A stretch of 64,000 bases of DNA from Ramazzottius varieornatus (GCA_001949185.1 BDGG01000018.1:1-64000); one strand, 5' to 3'. Positions 26,061 through 40,330 are shown, numbered from the stretch's first letter. Made by a program: numbers and translations. The notes: a model not told the origin generated them from the letters alone.

Positions 26061-26635
26061 GCAGCAAAAGGAATTTGACCCTGTCGTATAAAATCAAGTC
26101 ACGTCGTCAGCTAAATTTACGCTGCGAGCGCCTCTAGTGGCCTCGAGTTCATTTCCGGTCCAGGCTCATTAACATGGGATTCAAGCGTTCTAAAATATGA
26201 AGATCCGTGAAGTCTTCCAGAACCCAACTTCGGTTACACATAGTATTATCCGGCAGCCCCTCATTTTCTCTATCGATCCATCCGAAATAATTTGGGTATT
26301 AGTCACAGATAAGAGGCGAAAATATGTGGCTAAGTGAACAACCTCGACATAGGCCGGCTAATTCAACAACCTTTCCCTCGTATCGATAAATATCCTTCAC
26401 GGAAGTTACTCTGTTCTCAGTAATGTCGTTGAAGAGAGTAATGTCTGGGTAGTATTTGTATCGATGGTTCCTCATTTTTTGATTGTAGATTATTGTCCTC
26501 AAATAACTTAAAGCCAGCGAGGCCTTTGTCCTACAGAAGTACAACATCGGCGAAAGTTGCCGTTTCAGCACAGTCTTCACTAAAGGTCCATTTCGAAAGA
26601 TTCAAGACTAGCTTACCTACGAAGTTTACCAGATC

Positions 26636-27444
26636 TGGAGCTGTTGAAAACCAGACCAGACCACTTAGAAAGTGTTTCGTTTGATTTATGTGATTCGTGG
26701 TTTGACATCCAAACCGAACCACCTCTAACCACATGGCATCTCAAACCAAACCACTCAAACTGGTTTCGATCTCACGCCAAATCATATGAACCACTGGTTT
26801 ATGTGGTTTAATTAGGTTTTAGGATATAGGAAAATTTCATACGAAATTTGCAGATTCTGTGCTAGAAGTCGGGCCGAAACTGGCCGTCTGACAGTGCCAA
26901 TCTGTTTTCCCCCACTGCCACCGTGTGCAGCCACATCGTTCTCAGTGCCATGTGATGCACAGCTTTGACTGGGTGAGCACTGTGTCATAAGCTGCACGAC
27001 ATCAGAACCACGCCTTCCGTCAGGTAAAAATTGCAGTTCCGGCAGTGTTGGACAACACTGCTGGTGGAAAAATGATTGCACTACCGGATGGCTTGCCATG
27101 GTGCTTTTTTAATTCCAGTACGCGCCAGTTTTGCCTGTTTGCGTCTGTTCGTAGAGAAACCAGCAACGGTCGCTCAACTTCTTATGTCCTCGGTGGTTAT
27201 TTTCGTTGATTAGTCAATTGAAGAAAACTGTCAGAATTTACTATGTACTGGTGATCAAAAAGCTGTTCGCAAACCAGTTCAAACCAGTGGTCTATGTGGT
27301 ATGGCTCAAATGGTCAGGTTTAAAGTTTAGACCAGACCACTTTTGGTGGTCTGCGGGAGAAACCGTTTTCATTTAACCGGTTTAGCATGCACACCACCAC
27401 TTAAACCAAACCAAAACATATGGTTCAAACGATTAACAGCTCTA
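26636..27444. mobile_element. hAT-type MITE with AAACC/GGTTT subterminal repeats
   Basis: Termini TGGAGCTGTT...AACAGCTCTA. 8-bp TSD ACCAGATC/ACCACATC (1 mismatch). Confidence 0.82.
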
Positions 27445-28119
27445 ACCACATCTTCGTTGTCTGCTCTCAGTACTGCAGAATTCCACGGTGCGAAATCCCG
27501 CGCTACTTCTCCGGTAAACAGTTTTTCCGCGATGGCTTCTTAGGCTGCGTTTCGTAAGTGGTTGTCAACCCTGGTCGACGATAATATTGGGATAAACTGG
27601 CGTTCACAAAGCCACTCTTCAATAACTCATACCTGGTCAACGAAAACCAACCCAAATGCGTTCACAAAGACCATACGATATGAGCAACCCGCTGGAACCC
27701 AATTTAGTTATTAACCGTGGTTGATTTATGAGCAATTCGAGTCGTTAACTCGATTCATCAACCACATCCCATTGAAAAGAGCCTACCCGCTTAACTAGCA
27801 TAAATATGCTAGTAGACCCCTACCCCGCTCCTCTCCTCATGGAAGTTCTCGTTGATGTATCGGTCATCGAGTATCTGTCTTTTTTCCCGTATTCGCCAGC
27901 TTTCTAAACGAACTGTGGATCTTCCGTTCAAGCAACTTTTGGCCCTTAACATCGCCGTGACGGCAACATCCCAACGTTCACCGGAAGCCGACCAGATAAC
28001 CATTCTGAGAGGAAGCCAGATGTCAGCTGCAGCCGAGCTCATCTGCACTGTTATTCGTAAGTGTGCCGCTGCTTCGTCGGCTCGTCGCTGCCCTCTTCAT
28101 TGACTCGTCAACTACCATT

Positions 28120-28270
28120 CTACAACGTCCGCGTACTACGGAAACAGGCCTTCTGGGTGCTTTACAGTGACGAAGACTATCTGAAGGTAGTTTTCGGAGT
28201 GCAGCATTCGACTTTCACGAAGCTGCTACGAGATTTGAAGCCTCAAGTACAGCCTACGAGAGATCCCCTT
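28120..28270 (+). mobile_element. Possible Harbinger transposase N-terminal remnant
   Basis: YSDEDYLKVVFGVQHSTFTKLLRDLKP resembles the 'D..F...FRM...TF..L...L' motif. Confidence 0.4.
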
Positions 28271-31200
28271 TTTATCGTCCTCGTTTTGAGCTTGTTCCTT
28301 TCTGCTTTCCTCCGGTGCCTGGCATTATGACGATAAGATTTTCACAAGTAGAGCGAAAGAGTCGGATGATGATCAGAATCTTGATTCTCGAGAGGATAAC
28401 TGCCAAAAAGAAATTTCTGAATTTAATGTGGCAGTAATCATATTGACGTAATGCAGCTGTCACTGCGGGTTGATAGTATGTAGTTGATGACATGACATCA
28501 CACTTTGCGAACGCTGATTCAGCTAAATATTACACAAAACCTCGGGTTGATCATAATTTCATTGCCCACCTCAACTTGCTCGCTGGCGCAGGGATTTGCC
28601 TAAATGGAAGTCAAACGGGGGATCCAGGGCGTGGCCAACATCAGTTGGTCACCTGGCTTCGACCCCCTCACTTATGGTTATCAGGACATGAAACTTGACC
28701 ATTCCGTCAACGCAGATTGGTCAAGCGTCCTTCACGAGGCACAGCAAACTTTAGATCATCAACCTTGAGCTACCATGCAATGTACGCGGCTAACCTGAAA
28801 GTAAAAAATCAAGCCAGCGGTAATGTTCACTTTGGATGCGCTGCCAAATACACGTGGACGCGAAAGGCGTATAGCCATACGCCATACGCCTTTGCTTCAT
28901 GTCTGATCTGCAAGACAAACATGGCAAGCAGTCAGATGCAGGCGAGTGCGACGGTACGGCCAACATCCTGATCAGTGAACGCGGCACAAACTGAGACTCA
29001 CTGAAGGTAGTTGTGATTTACATCCAGCAGATTCAAAGCAGAAAACAGCACATGAAACCAGCGCTGTTCGGTAGCCTAAACGCTCGCGAAAAGTAGGTTG
29101 TAATTTAGCTCGCACGATCAAAACTGCCCTACTGGGGATCGAAGTTTCTGTTGTGCGTTTTGTCGCAAATGGACTCAGACAAACCGGAGACCAGTTGATC
29201 ATTTCGAACACCTTTTCTTTCGCCTTTCGCGATATGAGAATGCGCTTTCTTCAACTATCAACTTCTTAATATTGCGTGGTCAACATGCCATGATCCTTTC
29301 CCTTAAAACCCATACGCGCGATAGATGAGTTAAAGATATATCTGTGTACGCAAAATCAGCCGCGTCGACCGCAGCCAGGTGTCTGCCAGTGATTTACCTG
29401 GAACCTACCAAACTCCGTGGCCGCCAGTGCAAAACCGAAATGACTGATCGACGCACTTGTATCTGGAGTTGCACTCGTTGCGTATCGATTTACGCATCGG
29501 ATAATTCATGATCGATCGCTTGCGATCGCCTAGAGTCTCTTCAGTCTTCCAGGTGTCGCCTTCAAGGCCATGGTTCTACCAGTGGACGGAAAAAATCACA
29601 ACCATCATTTTTCTTTTGTCGTTGATTATCCCTTTCACCACCTACTGATCTCCTTGGAGTTCTACAGAGATGCTGGACTGCAAACTTCGACGGTGGATAA
29701 CGGGCACGAGGTAGCTAGGGGCACGCATGGTAAGATTTAGCATCAACGGTGACTAACGTCGTGGTTAACTTCATCGCTCATAACACTTGGGTAGAGAAGC
29801 TTTCCCGGCGCATCAGTCGCGCTTTATACTGCTGCGCGGTCTGGTGTTGACCTGCGATTCGACAACGGTACAAATTAAGCGAACGGGAAGTAATTTTTAA
29901 TCAGACAAACAATGGATGTCGATGCAATAGTAACCACATTTCAGCCATCTTGCCGGTGAAAATCGGCTGCTGTTGCAGTCATTAACTGTCTGATCACGAA
30001 ACATATGCGTTTTGAGTGTGAGTAGACGTTGGCTGACTAGACGAGCCGCACGCTTGTACCCTAGCTTTGTTTAAGCACACGACATCGTACAGGGTCGCAC
30101 TGATGGGAAGCAAAGATGGTATCCGCTGATCTTCTTCGGTAGCGGGATAAGCAAGAACTGATCCGCACTTTCTGCAACGGTGGCCGCTTTGGATCAATCA
30201 AGAGTCAGCCCTTTCGAACCACAATTAGTATAGCACTCGGTTTTCCACGTCACCTTTGTTCGGGTTTAGTTTTGACTTCACCAGACTGATTTAGGAGGCG
30301 AATTCGCGAACATCAGTTGCAACTGATGGGATGGCACCACTACTGAATTGCGCAGCGGGTGATTTTTGAGAAGATTGTTCATTGCAGTTACTCTATCTCT
30401 TGCTGCGCGCGTTCTGAGTATCTGTATCGACTATTTACCAAAATTTACTTTTTTTCGAACCGTTATCTCTGAGAAACGACGCTCCAGTGGACGCGGAAGG
30501 AGAACCAGCTGAACCAGTCCTCCCATGTTCTTGTTCTCATGGAAACCTGCGATGTTATATTCATCAGGTCAGCCACCGGAGAGCGGCTTTTCTCCACTTC
30601 AAAGCTTCAAAAGATGAACCTCAGGCCAAGAATGCAACCCAAACGGTTGAACGGACCGACAATAATAAACATACGTCGAGATGTGAAAGTCGACTAAGAC
30701 AACATAGAATGGCGCTATAAGCCTCACACCGGACTTCCGCTCGTCAGAAGTCGGTTTTCCGCAATGGAATTACCAGTTTTCGCGACGACTTGCGCAGCTC
30801 CACGGACTGTATGGGAGCTCGCCAAACAAACTCGGCGGGTAGGTTCTTCCAAGTGCCGCAGATTTTGAATGTGACTGGCTGAAAGCAGGCGCCATTGGGG
30901 AAATCATCCAGGAATAGCTTATCAGCCGGGACCAAGCCGAATTTCCGACTGGTTTTTCGCGTTCCATACTGCAGTTTTGGAATTCCGGTCTTTGATATGG
31001 CCGTTTTGGAAAACGGAAAATAGAAATGGAACGGGATTAGGAATTCCGCTCCGAATTTCGTTCCAGGGAGAAGATCAGTCGGAAAGTGTATCCTTAAACG
31101 TTAAAGCTTCACCAGTCTTGATTTGAGTTGTCCAAACACCGTCGGCAGTTGTTTGCAGTCTTCATCCTAAAGCGTAACCGTCCAACTACAATGGAGTGAG

Positions 31201-32090
31201 CGCGACCAGCCTATTCGAACGACATACAGGCTTCGTAAACCCATCCTACTTCTCACAAATATTTCTTGTTCGTCTTCACATTGGAGCCAGCGGCGAGACA
31301 CCGTCTGGCCCATGTCTGCAGGTATTCCGTATCGGGCTGCGTTGATAGCAAGCCCTAAACGCCATTTTCAGTGTTAGTCCTAGGGGTGGGCTAAGGGTCT
31401 GACTTGGCCTGGAGTGTAATTCTGTAATTCCAAAATCTACTGATTATTTAAACTACTTTTTTGAATCAGTCTTTTCAAATTCCCGCACACGAGAACCACA
31501 TTAAAATACAGTCTGAAAATTCCACAGGATCATTCGATAGCCTAAACAAGATCTCAACAGCCTGAACAAGATTCCATAAGAGGATAAGTGTGGATTATTT
31601 CCGAATCTGGCGACTTCTGAAACAAAAGAAGGAGCACTTCTAGCATCGAAACTCAAATTGAAAATAGAGAAAGGATGCCGGCCGGAGGCCAGCGAACTTT
31701 TTCAAATTCTGCTTCAAAAGACATTCAAGACTTACTGTCGGGAACACGGAAAAAGCACGAAAAAACAAAGCGAATTACTTGACTGACCACATACGATCGG
31801 AACGACAAATGATGCGTGCCGCAAGTTAGGTATCTGGTTTTGATGAGGACTGGAACATGCAAGGATAGCAACTATTCAACCGCCTTGGCTGTTGTTCCGA
31901 ACACTGATCGTCTGATTGAACAGCATTTCCCATTTTAATTTCAAACACACCTTGACTGAATAGAAAAGCTGCACTCCTGTATTTGGACCTGATTCATGCG
32001 TACGATTCCGTTCAGAGGCATGGATTACGAGGATAAGAGATCTTTTCAGATGATCTCCCCCGGCAGTGGAATGATCGAGAGGTAAGCTCA

Positions 32091-33639
32091 CAAGGGGATT
32101 ATACTTGTCCTCCGCCTTTCTGAAATATTCTGACATGATAGAATGATGGAGAAGAGTCTGCTCTATCGTCTGAAACAGACGTAGCTTGTGCAATGAAATC
32201 CTGGAAAACAATGCAGGAACCGGGAGTGACGTCAAAATCTGGGCGGTGCACACCTATTGATTTTATCGACCTCACGTATTATGCGAAAATCAACTGCAGA
32301 TTGTCAAGGAAGGTAAATCTTACAGAGATGATATTCTTCGTAAAAGTGGTGGAAGCATAGTTTCTTTTTCTAACCACAGCAACGCACTCTTCGGCACTCT
32401 TCTTCCTGTCCGGTACTTCTTTCAGGTACTTTTCGGGGACAAACTTCGTGATCTTTCTCTTGCAGATGTTATACTATCTAGAAACGAGCGATAACGCCAA
32501 ACACTTGAACGTTACTGAGTAAATGATCATGTCTGACATTATCCTTACTTTTTGAACTTTCCAACCCAAGGAGAAGCTGTGAAACCGGAATGCCCAATCT
32601 CACAGCTGCCTGTAACTGCCCACTGCTGAATATCCGAATGTTTCACTACGTTAGGCTTTTGTTTGGCAGAGAAGAACTTCTCTCCTGTCTCCAGTCGTAT
32701 CGCTTTCAGCTTATCGATCCGCGAGCCTCCTTCTCCAACGTGATCTCTCTATTTCTCTCAGGTGGCGAGTACTGGTGACTTTCCTAAACTCATCCTGCAC
32801 ACTGGACACGCTTCGACGCTTCTTGGAAGAGACATTAGTCCAGTAACCAACAGTACCTTTTTCTGTAGGCAAAATCAGCAGCCTGGTGTGGTGCCACTTT
32901 CGGATTCGGGATTCGAGGTACAAACAGTCCATGGGAAGAAGTTTCTGTTCCACTTGAAGCAGGTTCGGTAAGGCGATCATTCGGAGTGGATTCGAAGTCT
33001 GCTTCGCTATGTCCATGGAACAGGTTGGTTCAGCGATAGACTTTTCCAGCTGATCGAACGTCGACACGCCAATCAGGAGCTCATACTGAAGATCTTCAGT
33101 GGCCAATATCGGACTTCCGGCTTGGTCGATCTGGACGTCCAAGAAGTCTGTAAGCACAAGACAAAACCTGAGATATGCTCTGGGGAATCGACATAATTGT
33201 AGAAGTTTACAGCACTCGTACCATTGATGAGTGTCTTCAACTTCTTGTCAGATTCGTTTGGAGAGTCGCTCAGTTGGGAATGTTGCTCGTAGTCCGACAG
33301 CGGTAGGTTTAAGATGTTGTGGTGATTAAAGGTTTTATGGCGCTATCGGGAGGAGCAGAAGAGAGGAAAGAAAACTTCTCAGCACAAGTGATTAGCCTTT
33401 ATTTCAAAGCACAGCGCAACTTTGTCAATCAATAGCGAATCAACAACACTGAAATCAAACCGCTTGATTGAATAAACCGTGTACCACCCAGATTTTGACG
33501 TCACTTCCGGTTCCTGTAGTGTCTTCCAGGATTTCATTGCGCAAGCTACGCCTGTTTCAGACGATAGAGCAGACTCTTCTCCGTCATTCTATCATGTCAG
33601 AATATTTCAGAAAGGCGGAGGACAAGCATACTCCCCTCG
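32091..33639 (-). mobile_element. Tc4/Tc5-like (pogo-related) deletion derivative with ~170-bp TIRs, TNA TSD and a spliced HTH remnant
   Basis: GC-TCA|CAAGGGGA...TCCCCTCG|TCA-GC. Internal YWT...KRRSVSSVQ.EFRKVTS, GGSRIDKL, DIQQWA, FTAS.WV.KFK, RKITKFV. Confidence 0.85.
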
Positions 33640-34395
33640 TCAGCTTTGTGGAACGGCCATTCGATAGCCCTTCCAACCGTTTGAACATTCAAAGCTAATG
33701 TGGGCTTAAGTGATTCTGCAGGAGATTCACCATCTGGAAAGTCTTGGGGTCTATGGTTGGTGGAACATAGCTTAGACCACGTTTAGCAAATAGTGACATT
33801 CTGAAATAATCCAACTCCCATCCAACTTATCATTCCTAGCACTCCCGTTCGGATCTTTCTGGTCAATTGTTTTGCGTTGGAAGTTGTGCAGTGTTCCCGG
33901 TGCTAGCTAGCCGTTCCGTGATGAATAGTACATGCACGATGGTTAATCGTTCTTTTGTCTTGAGTGTCACTCTGAATTTTTGAAGTTGGCGTGTTTCCAG
34001 GAGTAACAAGTCATACTTCCGCACCTAATAACAGCGTTCTTTCGTGACAGTCCCTGAAGAACCCAATGGAACATGTTATTCAAGGTCGGCATGAAGAGTA
34101 TTATAAAATTAAACACAAGGTGAACAGGTCACGGTCAACAGAATGCAGCACAAGACGCAGATCGATTGCTCTACACGTTAGCTTGACAGGACTTTAGGAA
34201 ATACCCTTGTCCAAAACCGAATGTCACAAGAAGCCATGCTTCAGAAGAGAATACATAGAGCAACCAAGACGAAGCATGGCGGATAAAATTAGGTAAAATA
34301 AAGAACAGTGAGACTACGACGAAAAGACGCATGGACCGCTAGGTCCCTATTTCGCGAGTCTCTGCTCATCTTGCTTCTTGACGCTTTGATGCCAG

Positions 34396-35872
34396 TTAGT
34401 CGGATCGTTCCGACTTGAAAATCAAGTACGTCATGTCCTCGATACGCAGCTCAATGAAGTCATCGCCGTCGGTGTCCAACTGCAAATAAGAAAGTCGTCA
34501 GCACGTATTGTCACCCTGCAGATGCCAAGCAGAAGATCGAAGTGCCGACTTTGTCTCCTCCACCACACTTGGACAGCGAGGCGGAGCGCCGAGACATACT
34601 TCAAAGTCGAAAGCTGGGTGAGCCGGTCCGCGGACGCACTGCCAGCGGTTGGTGTCGCCAAAGAGTTCGCCCATGCGGTCCTTGATGTGGGCCACTGGTC
34701 GGAAGTCGGCGTCCCCCTTGGACTGCTGCAGTGCCTCCTTGACCACCGCGATGGTCTCCAGCTGACGCTGGTTATTCATGAAGGTCTTCACCACCTGCAC
34801 ATTGTCCTACCGAAAGAAAGAGAGAGCATCATCGAAAAGTCGTAACTCCACCAACCAATCCGGCTAACATAATATCGAGCTGACACAAGGGATCCACCCT
34901 CAGGGCTGTGCCACAGTGCCAGCACAGACTGCAAGTCAAGGCCGTGCCAGGCAGTACTTCCGGCATATCCAGGCAGTACTTCCGGCATATCCAGGCCGTG
35001 CTCAAGTCTAAAAGAGCCATCAAACAGGACTGGCCCTTTCATTGCGCTATGAGGCCAAGTTCGAAGCCAACAGTTTTGCCACAAGTTAGCAGACGGCGGC
35101 AGCTTTCCTCTCCACAGAAAACTTTAGGAGGAAAATCGATAGCGGGAGGATAAGTCATCAGCTCTTACCGGGGGAGCGACAGTGGTGTGAAATTGCGAGT
35201 ACAGTGCAACGACGAATGCCCCCAGCTCGAAGACGACCGAACTGTTGTCCCCAAACCGAAACTACAAAAACAACAGAAAACACTGATAAATATGTTGGTA
35301 GGATAGTCCGACAAAAGAACACTTTTCATGGTGAATTTCACACTGCCTATCTCTGCTAATGAATTTTCACTAAACAATCCGTCAGGCACTTTTTTCACAA
35401 ATTGGTGAAATATTGCAGACTGATTGGAAAACTGCAGCAACTGGACAAGGAATCAGTTCTATGTTACCCAGTAGTTGAGCTGCGATCCTTCGATTTTGGA
35501 GCTCCAAATCATGCAGTTCCACTCGCCATAGCCGACGGCTTCTGCGAAATCCTCCGAGATCTTCTTGGCCAGATCAGTGTTGGACAGATCGTTATGGCGA
35601 GAACGAATGCTCTCGATGGCCTTGTCTGCCACTTGCACAGCCAGATTCTCCAGGTCCGCTGGCATTTCGCTGGACAGGATTTCCAGACTGTTCTTCAGAT
35701 ACTGAAAATCCGACAAGACATATGCAAAAATCGGTGCGGAAATTAAGGATGGTTACACTGTCTCGTCCAGAAGGATACTTACCGGACGTCCGGGAGTGGA
35801 ATTTCCGGAACCAGCCACCACTCCATAAGCTGGAGGATTGGCCGATGGGTAAGCGGGAGGATACTTGGACAT
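34396..35872 (-). CDS. Protein with a Pro-rich N-terminus and two tandem dynein light chain (LC8)-like domains, 5 coding exons
   Basis: Exons 35872-35783, 35701-35468, 35261-35169, 34806-34600 and 34479-34396 splice in phase 0: MSKYPPAYP...EILSSEMPADL..AVQVA..DLAKKISEDF...GEWNCMI...VVFELGAFVVALY / QVVKTFMN...AHIKDRM...RWQCVRG...FIELRIEDMTYLIFKS. Confidence 0.78.
34947..34996. repeat. 22-bp tandem duplication CCAGGCAGTACTTCCGGCATAT (intronic)
   Basis: Two exact copies plus a partial third. Confidence 0.85.
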
Positions 35873-37534
35873 TCTTGGTCTGGACTGTGGAGTATGCCAA
35901 GGAAGGAGGCAACACTACAAAAGCCCTCCGATGTTGTCAGATAGATCCTTGGCACCCTGACAAACTTGGCTTCCGCAATGACTCTGGCTAAGGTGTTCAA
36001 CTTACCTCGTCCACTGTCTTTATATCCTCTCCAGAGATACCACCGACGATAGCCACAAACCAAGATGGATGATGGTGAGAGTCATGCAGGACAAAAAGTC
36101 ATGAAATGATACCATAGTCCCTCTGAAAAGAAAAATTAAATTATTCTGTCAATGGAGGACGGCTGACGACAAGCGGTGATTCACGGTGCTTTCGGGACTT
36201 TCCATTCCATGACTACCCTCGTACAGCTGGAGGGCGGAAGACAGGCGATGAATCATGCCTGCCAAAGCATCTCACACTCTCACGGTATCAGTGGGTGTAT
36301 CTTACATACGCACCGCACCAACGTACGGACGAACTCGTTTAATGTAGCTATACGTAAAGGCAGCGCACTATACCGGCTGCACAGTCTCGCTCTGAGTGGC
36401 TAGCACATCCGACGTCAAGCACATGACTGCCACAGTGCACGCATGCTTTCTCCCAGTGCGCAGTGTGCGCTCCGCCCCCCATTTCAGAAAAGACTGTGAG
36501 AGACTGTGGGACTGCCTTTTCGTATAGCTATACCGTTTAATTCTAGGTTTTGCTCGTGTACCCATTCCATGCTCCTTCCACTGATTAACCGGTCCCCCCC
36601 CCGACTGTTGGAAATCGGAAGTGCCGCTTGTTCGAACCTCGAAGAAGTCGGAAGTAAGCTCTATTAAGTAAGCCCTAAGAAGTCGGTAAGTCCATGTAAC
36701 GCTTGTTTGTTATTTTGTATCGCTGCTTCCTCATTTTTTGAAGTAGAGGTCAAATAAAGATTGCTTAATTGAGCCCCATTCGAGTGTCAGCTGGAGAAAA
36801 AGTTCCTTGGTTGATCGCCATCCGTTATCTGGAGTTAGACATGTCCAGATACTGCAAGCCTCATGGAATTCCTTTTACTGCTTTTAGTTTGGTGGACGAG
36901 AGAAGGATAATACGATGGTGCGCGGCAATTCGTCAACTGGTCAAGCAGGAAATGAAAGCGAGGACCGGTAACGACCACAACAAGGAAGCTGCAAAAAACA
37001 AGCCCTTGCATAGTGCATCAAGCAGCTTTTAATCGTCGAATCCATGCTGAGAAACTTGCCGCAACCTTGTTCGCGAAGCAGGCCGATGCAGAAGATGTGG
37101 TAATTGGTTGGTGGGTTGGAGTCATGATGGTAAGTCGAATACCTTAGCCATGAGAAGGCCGTCTTTTTGCCCGTGGGAATCTTTTGTATTGGCTATATTA
37201 TCTTTATATCCTACAGTGTTAATATTAGGGTGGTGCTACGTATGGGTACCCCTTGAAACCCCGTTTGGCTATAGGCACCCACATCAAACCTCGTTTAGCT
37301 GTGGGTTCCCTGGTTCAATTCATTAGTTCAAACACCCCTTTAACACTTACAGCACTAAGCTTTTCGTGTTTGCAAAATACGATCGTTCTCTTTGTGAGTA
37401 CACGAATTTGATTGGCTGAAAGCAGGGGTGGGACTTGAAACATCCAGTAGCACACATCCCGTATCAAGTGGCGCGTGTTACCATTGCTTCAACATGTGAA
37501 AGCTCTCAACTTAGCGAAACACATCTTTCAAAGT

Positions 37535-39434
37535 TTATTTCAGTAAATTCTGCGTCTTCGCGCATACGACACAGACCACCGTTTGAACAGAATTTCTATG
37601 GTCAGCACAAACAGCAACCTTACAGAAGCTACAGTTGATCCTGCTTCTTTTTTGAGTGGTATGGTGGCAGAATCTGCAGCGTTGTTGTGCCTTGGTTCCG
37701 CTTGCAACGGAAGGATTGCTTTCTGCCTTACCGTCTGACAGAATATTCAGGGAAATCTTTATCAGCAACTTTACATCTGATGGAATACTGGCGGAGGTGA
37801 AGCGGCGGCGTAAGTGGCTTTCCATGAGGTTCCTGCTAAGTTCGTGTAGGTATTTCCGACGTCGGATGAAAGATTTAGTATGCCAGTCCGGGTTCAGCTC
37901 AGTCCATACAACGTACGAGTTCAACACGGAGATGTCGACGATATCGTAAAATAGCGCCATTGGCCATCTAAAGGTTTTCCGACGAACACTGTAGTTTCCA
38001 GTCAGCTGATCCAGTGTCCACTCCGGCTTTCGTACGATTGTAGTGCGTAACGATCTCAGGTTTCTCTTCTTGGCTTTCCTCATCAACTTCTCTAAAAAAT
38101 AAATCGAGACGTCACCAAAGAGAAACGGCTGTGCAGCGGTCATACTGATTCACAACGCATTCGCCGTGAAGTCATGAGCAACAGCTGCACCAAGCGTAGT
38201 TTGGTCCTGTTGCGCACTACGTCACAGGTGTAACATGGGCACTCGTCTTTACGGCTTGCAAGTACGTCATTCGTCACTTACTGGGAAAAACACATGGAGC
38301 TCAACAGCACTACAGCTTTCCCCTTCTTCAGAACGTAAGACACCAGAGTGAAATCGGGCTTGTGGCCGAAGTAGGAGGAAAATGCAGTGCGGCTCTTGCT
38401 TGGCAGGAAGGCGGAAGGAATTTCTTTACGGTTCTTACGCATTGTTCCCACGAGAGAAATGTTTTTCTTGAGAAGAGCTTCTCCCAACATCAAGGAAGTG
38501 AAGAAATTGTCTGTGGTCACGTTTCTTCCCGACTGGTTTCCCAGATATTCCACCAGATCAAGAACCACTCGCTGTCCTTGATTCTTCTCAGCCGCTCCAC
38601 CAGGAGCCTTTCCGGTGTAAAGCTGGATGTTGCAGCAGTAGGAAGTCCTACAGCAACAGAGGAGAAAAAGTTTCAGGCCGTACTTGCTTCTTGGTTTTGT
38701 CGGAATATATTGCTTGAAGCCGCACCGTCCTTTGAAAAGAAAGAGTTGTTCGTCCACGCACAGAAATTCGTAGGGAAGGTAGTTCTCGCGAAGCGCTTTA
38801 CTCCACAAGTCAAACAGCTCCTGGACGTGGGCCATCTTGTTAGTCGCTACCCGGGCTTCTCGAGAAGGTTTGTCGTCAAACCGCAGGCTGCAAGTAATCT
38901 GGGTGAAGCGCTCACGAGACATACAGGCGCGATAAACTCATTTTCCTTCGCTTTCACTCCACAGTTCACACACTGGTACAGTACCGTCATTCATTATCCC
39001 CTGTAGAAGTAGAATTCCCAAGTAAGCATCACAGAATCCAGTTTGACCCAGCCATCACCGTACTGCGTTCTCCCCTCTTCATTTGCGAACCGGATGATCA
39101 GATCTTTCACTTGTGGCGTGAAGAAAGGGTTGAACGTGTCCATGAGCGTCACGACTCGCGATCTCGCGCTGGGAGTAACGCCAGGCTGACCGGTCATCTT
39201 ATTGACAGTTCGAGTTTTACGACTGTCTAGAGGAAAGCGTTCCCACTTTACGTCGGGATTTCGGGCAAGGAACGGGCTCACGTCGTTCAGTTGGTACAAG
39301 ACGCCATCGTCGTCGTCACTCAGCGTATCAGACTGCTCAGCTTCCACTTCTACCCCGTCAGGTTCGGCAATGGTTTCCGCGCTGTCTTCCTCTCCATCGC
39401 TGTCGCTTCCACTCGTCTCATCATCCAGGTCCAT
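37535..39434 (-). pseudogene. piggyBac transposase (PGBD-like) with one intron (~38281-38094), frameshifted
   Basis: Acidic N-terminus, MSRERF, VDEQL, KYGLK, TTDNFFTS, GTMRKNR, KPEIVTHYNRTKAGVD, RWP and a C-terminal Cys-rich domain. Confidence 0.93.
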
Positions 39435-39698
39435 TCCCTAGAACACTTTTCCGACACGAACTGCAAATAATACGGTGGAGTATTCAAATGAATGGCTGCG
39501 GCGCAGCTCATTCGCGATACAGCGAAGCTCGTATTCACGTATGTTCGCACGTTTGATTGTTTATTGGACTGCACTGTGTACTATACTCGTAAGCAACACC
39601 CTGGTTACAAACCAATCAAGATCAAAACGGGTTAGAAATCTGTACGCACAGAAGCAATGTTTGGACCAATCAACAATCAATTAAAGGAGAGAAAACAG

Positions 39699-40330
39699 CT
39701 AGTGACCGGAAGTGCGCCATTCCATCGAGCCGACTGCAATACATTCCAGCAGAGCGCTGGGATAAACCAGGACAACATTGGGCTGGAACGGGATAACTTG
39801 TTCAACATGCTGAAAACAAACAAACAAACAAAACACTTCAGAACAGTTGGAGTCTTTCGTGGTGGCGCAGTGTAGTAGACAAAGGCTTACGAGCATCTGC
39901 TTAGCCATCGCCTGGTAGACGGCGAATCGAGCTTTCCCCTCCGTCATTCCATGAGCAGCTTCATCGATGGAGGGAATGAGCGAGGGAGGCAAGTTGAGTC
40001 TGGAATCACACAAAAAATTAAGAATGGCGTAACTTCTGCATCCTGATATGACTTCCGGTCCGTCAGCGCATCCGCTCACCCTTCTTTCTGAAAAGCAGCT
40101 TCCAGTTCCCTCACGGCTTCCATCCTGCACGCCACAATATGAGGAGCGCTAATCCCGTCGAAACAGATAATCAAGATGACAGTGGTTGTGAATCGAAGAG
40201 AAAGAAGTGTAGAACTGCACATGAGCCGGATAATCAAATGAAATTTCAAATTTGGCAAATGTAACCAGGGAGGTGCCACCGGTGGTGGTGACGCTAGTGT
40301 TAGCGGTTACGCGGCGTTGGTACCGCTCGG
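39699..40330 (-). CDS. Second spliced ORF of unknown function inside the piggyBac TIRs (upstream part degraded)
   Basis: Three phase-compatible GT-AG introns give PPWMEAVRELEAAFQKEGLNLPPSLIPSIDEAAHGMTEGKARFAVYQAMAKQMLHVEQVIPFQPNVVLVYPSALLECIAV. Confidence 0.55.

Noticed and set aside
31876-33698. Divergent paralogous gene pair (the ..MSEYFRKAEDK.. ORFs)
   Set aside because: The shared sequence is exactly the TIR of the Tc4/Tc5-like element, and similarity stops at the TSD.
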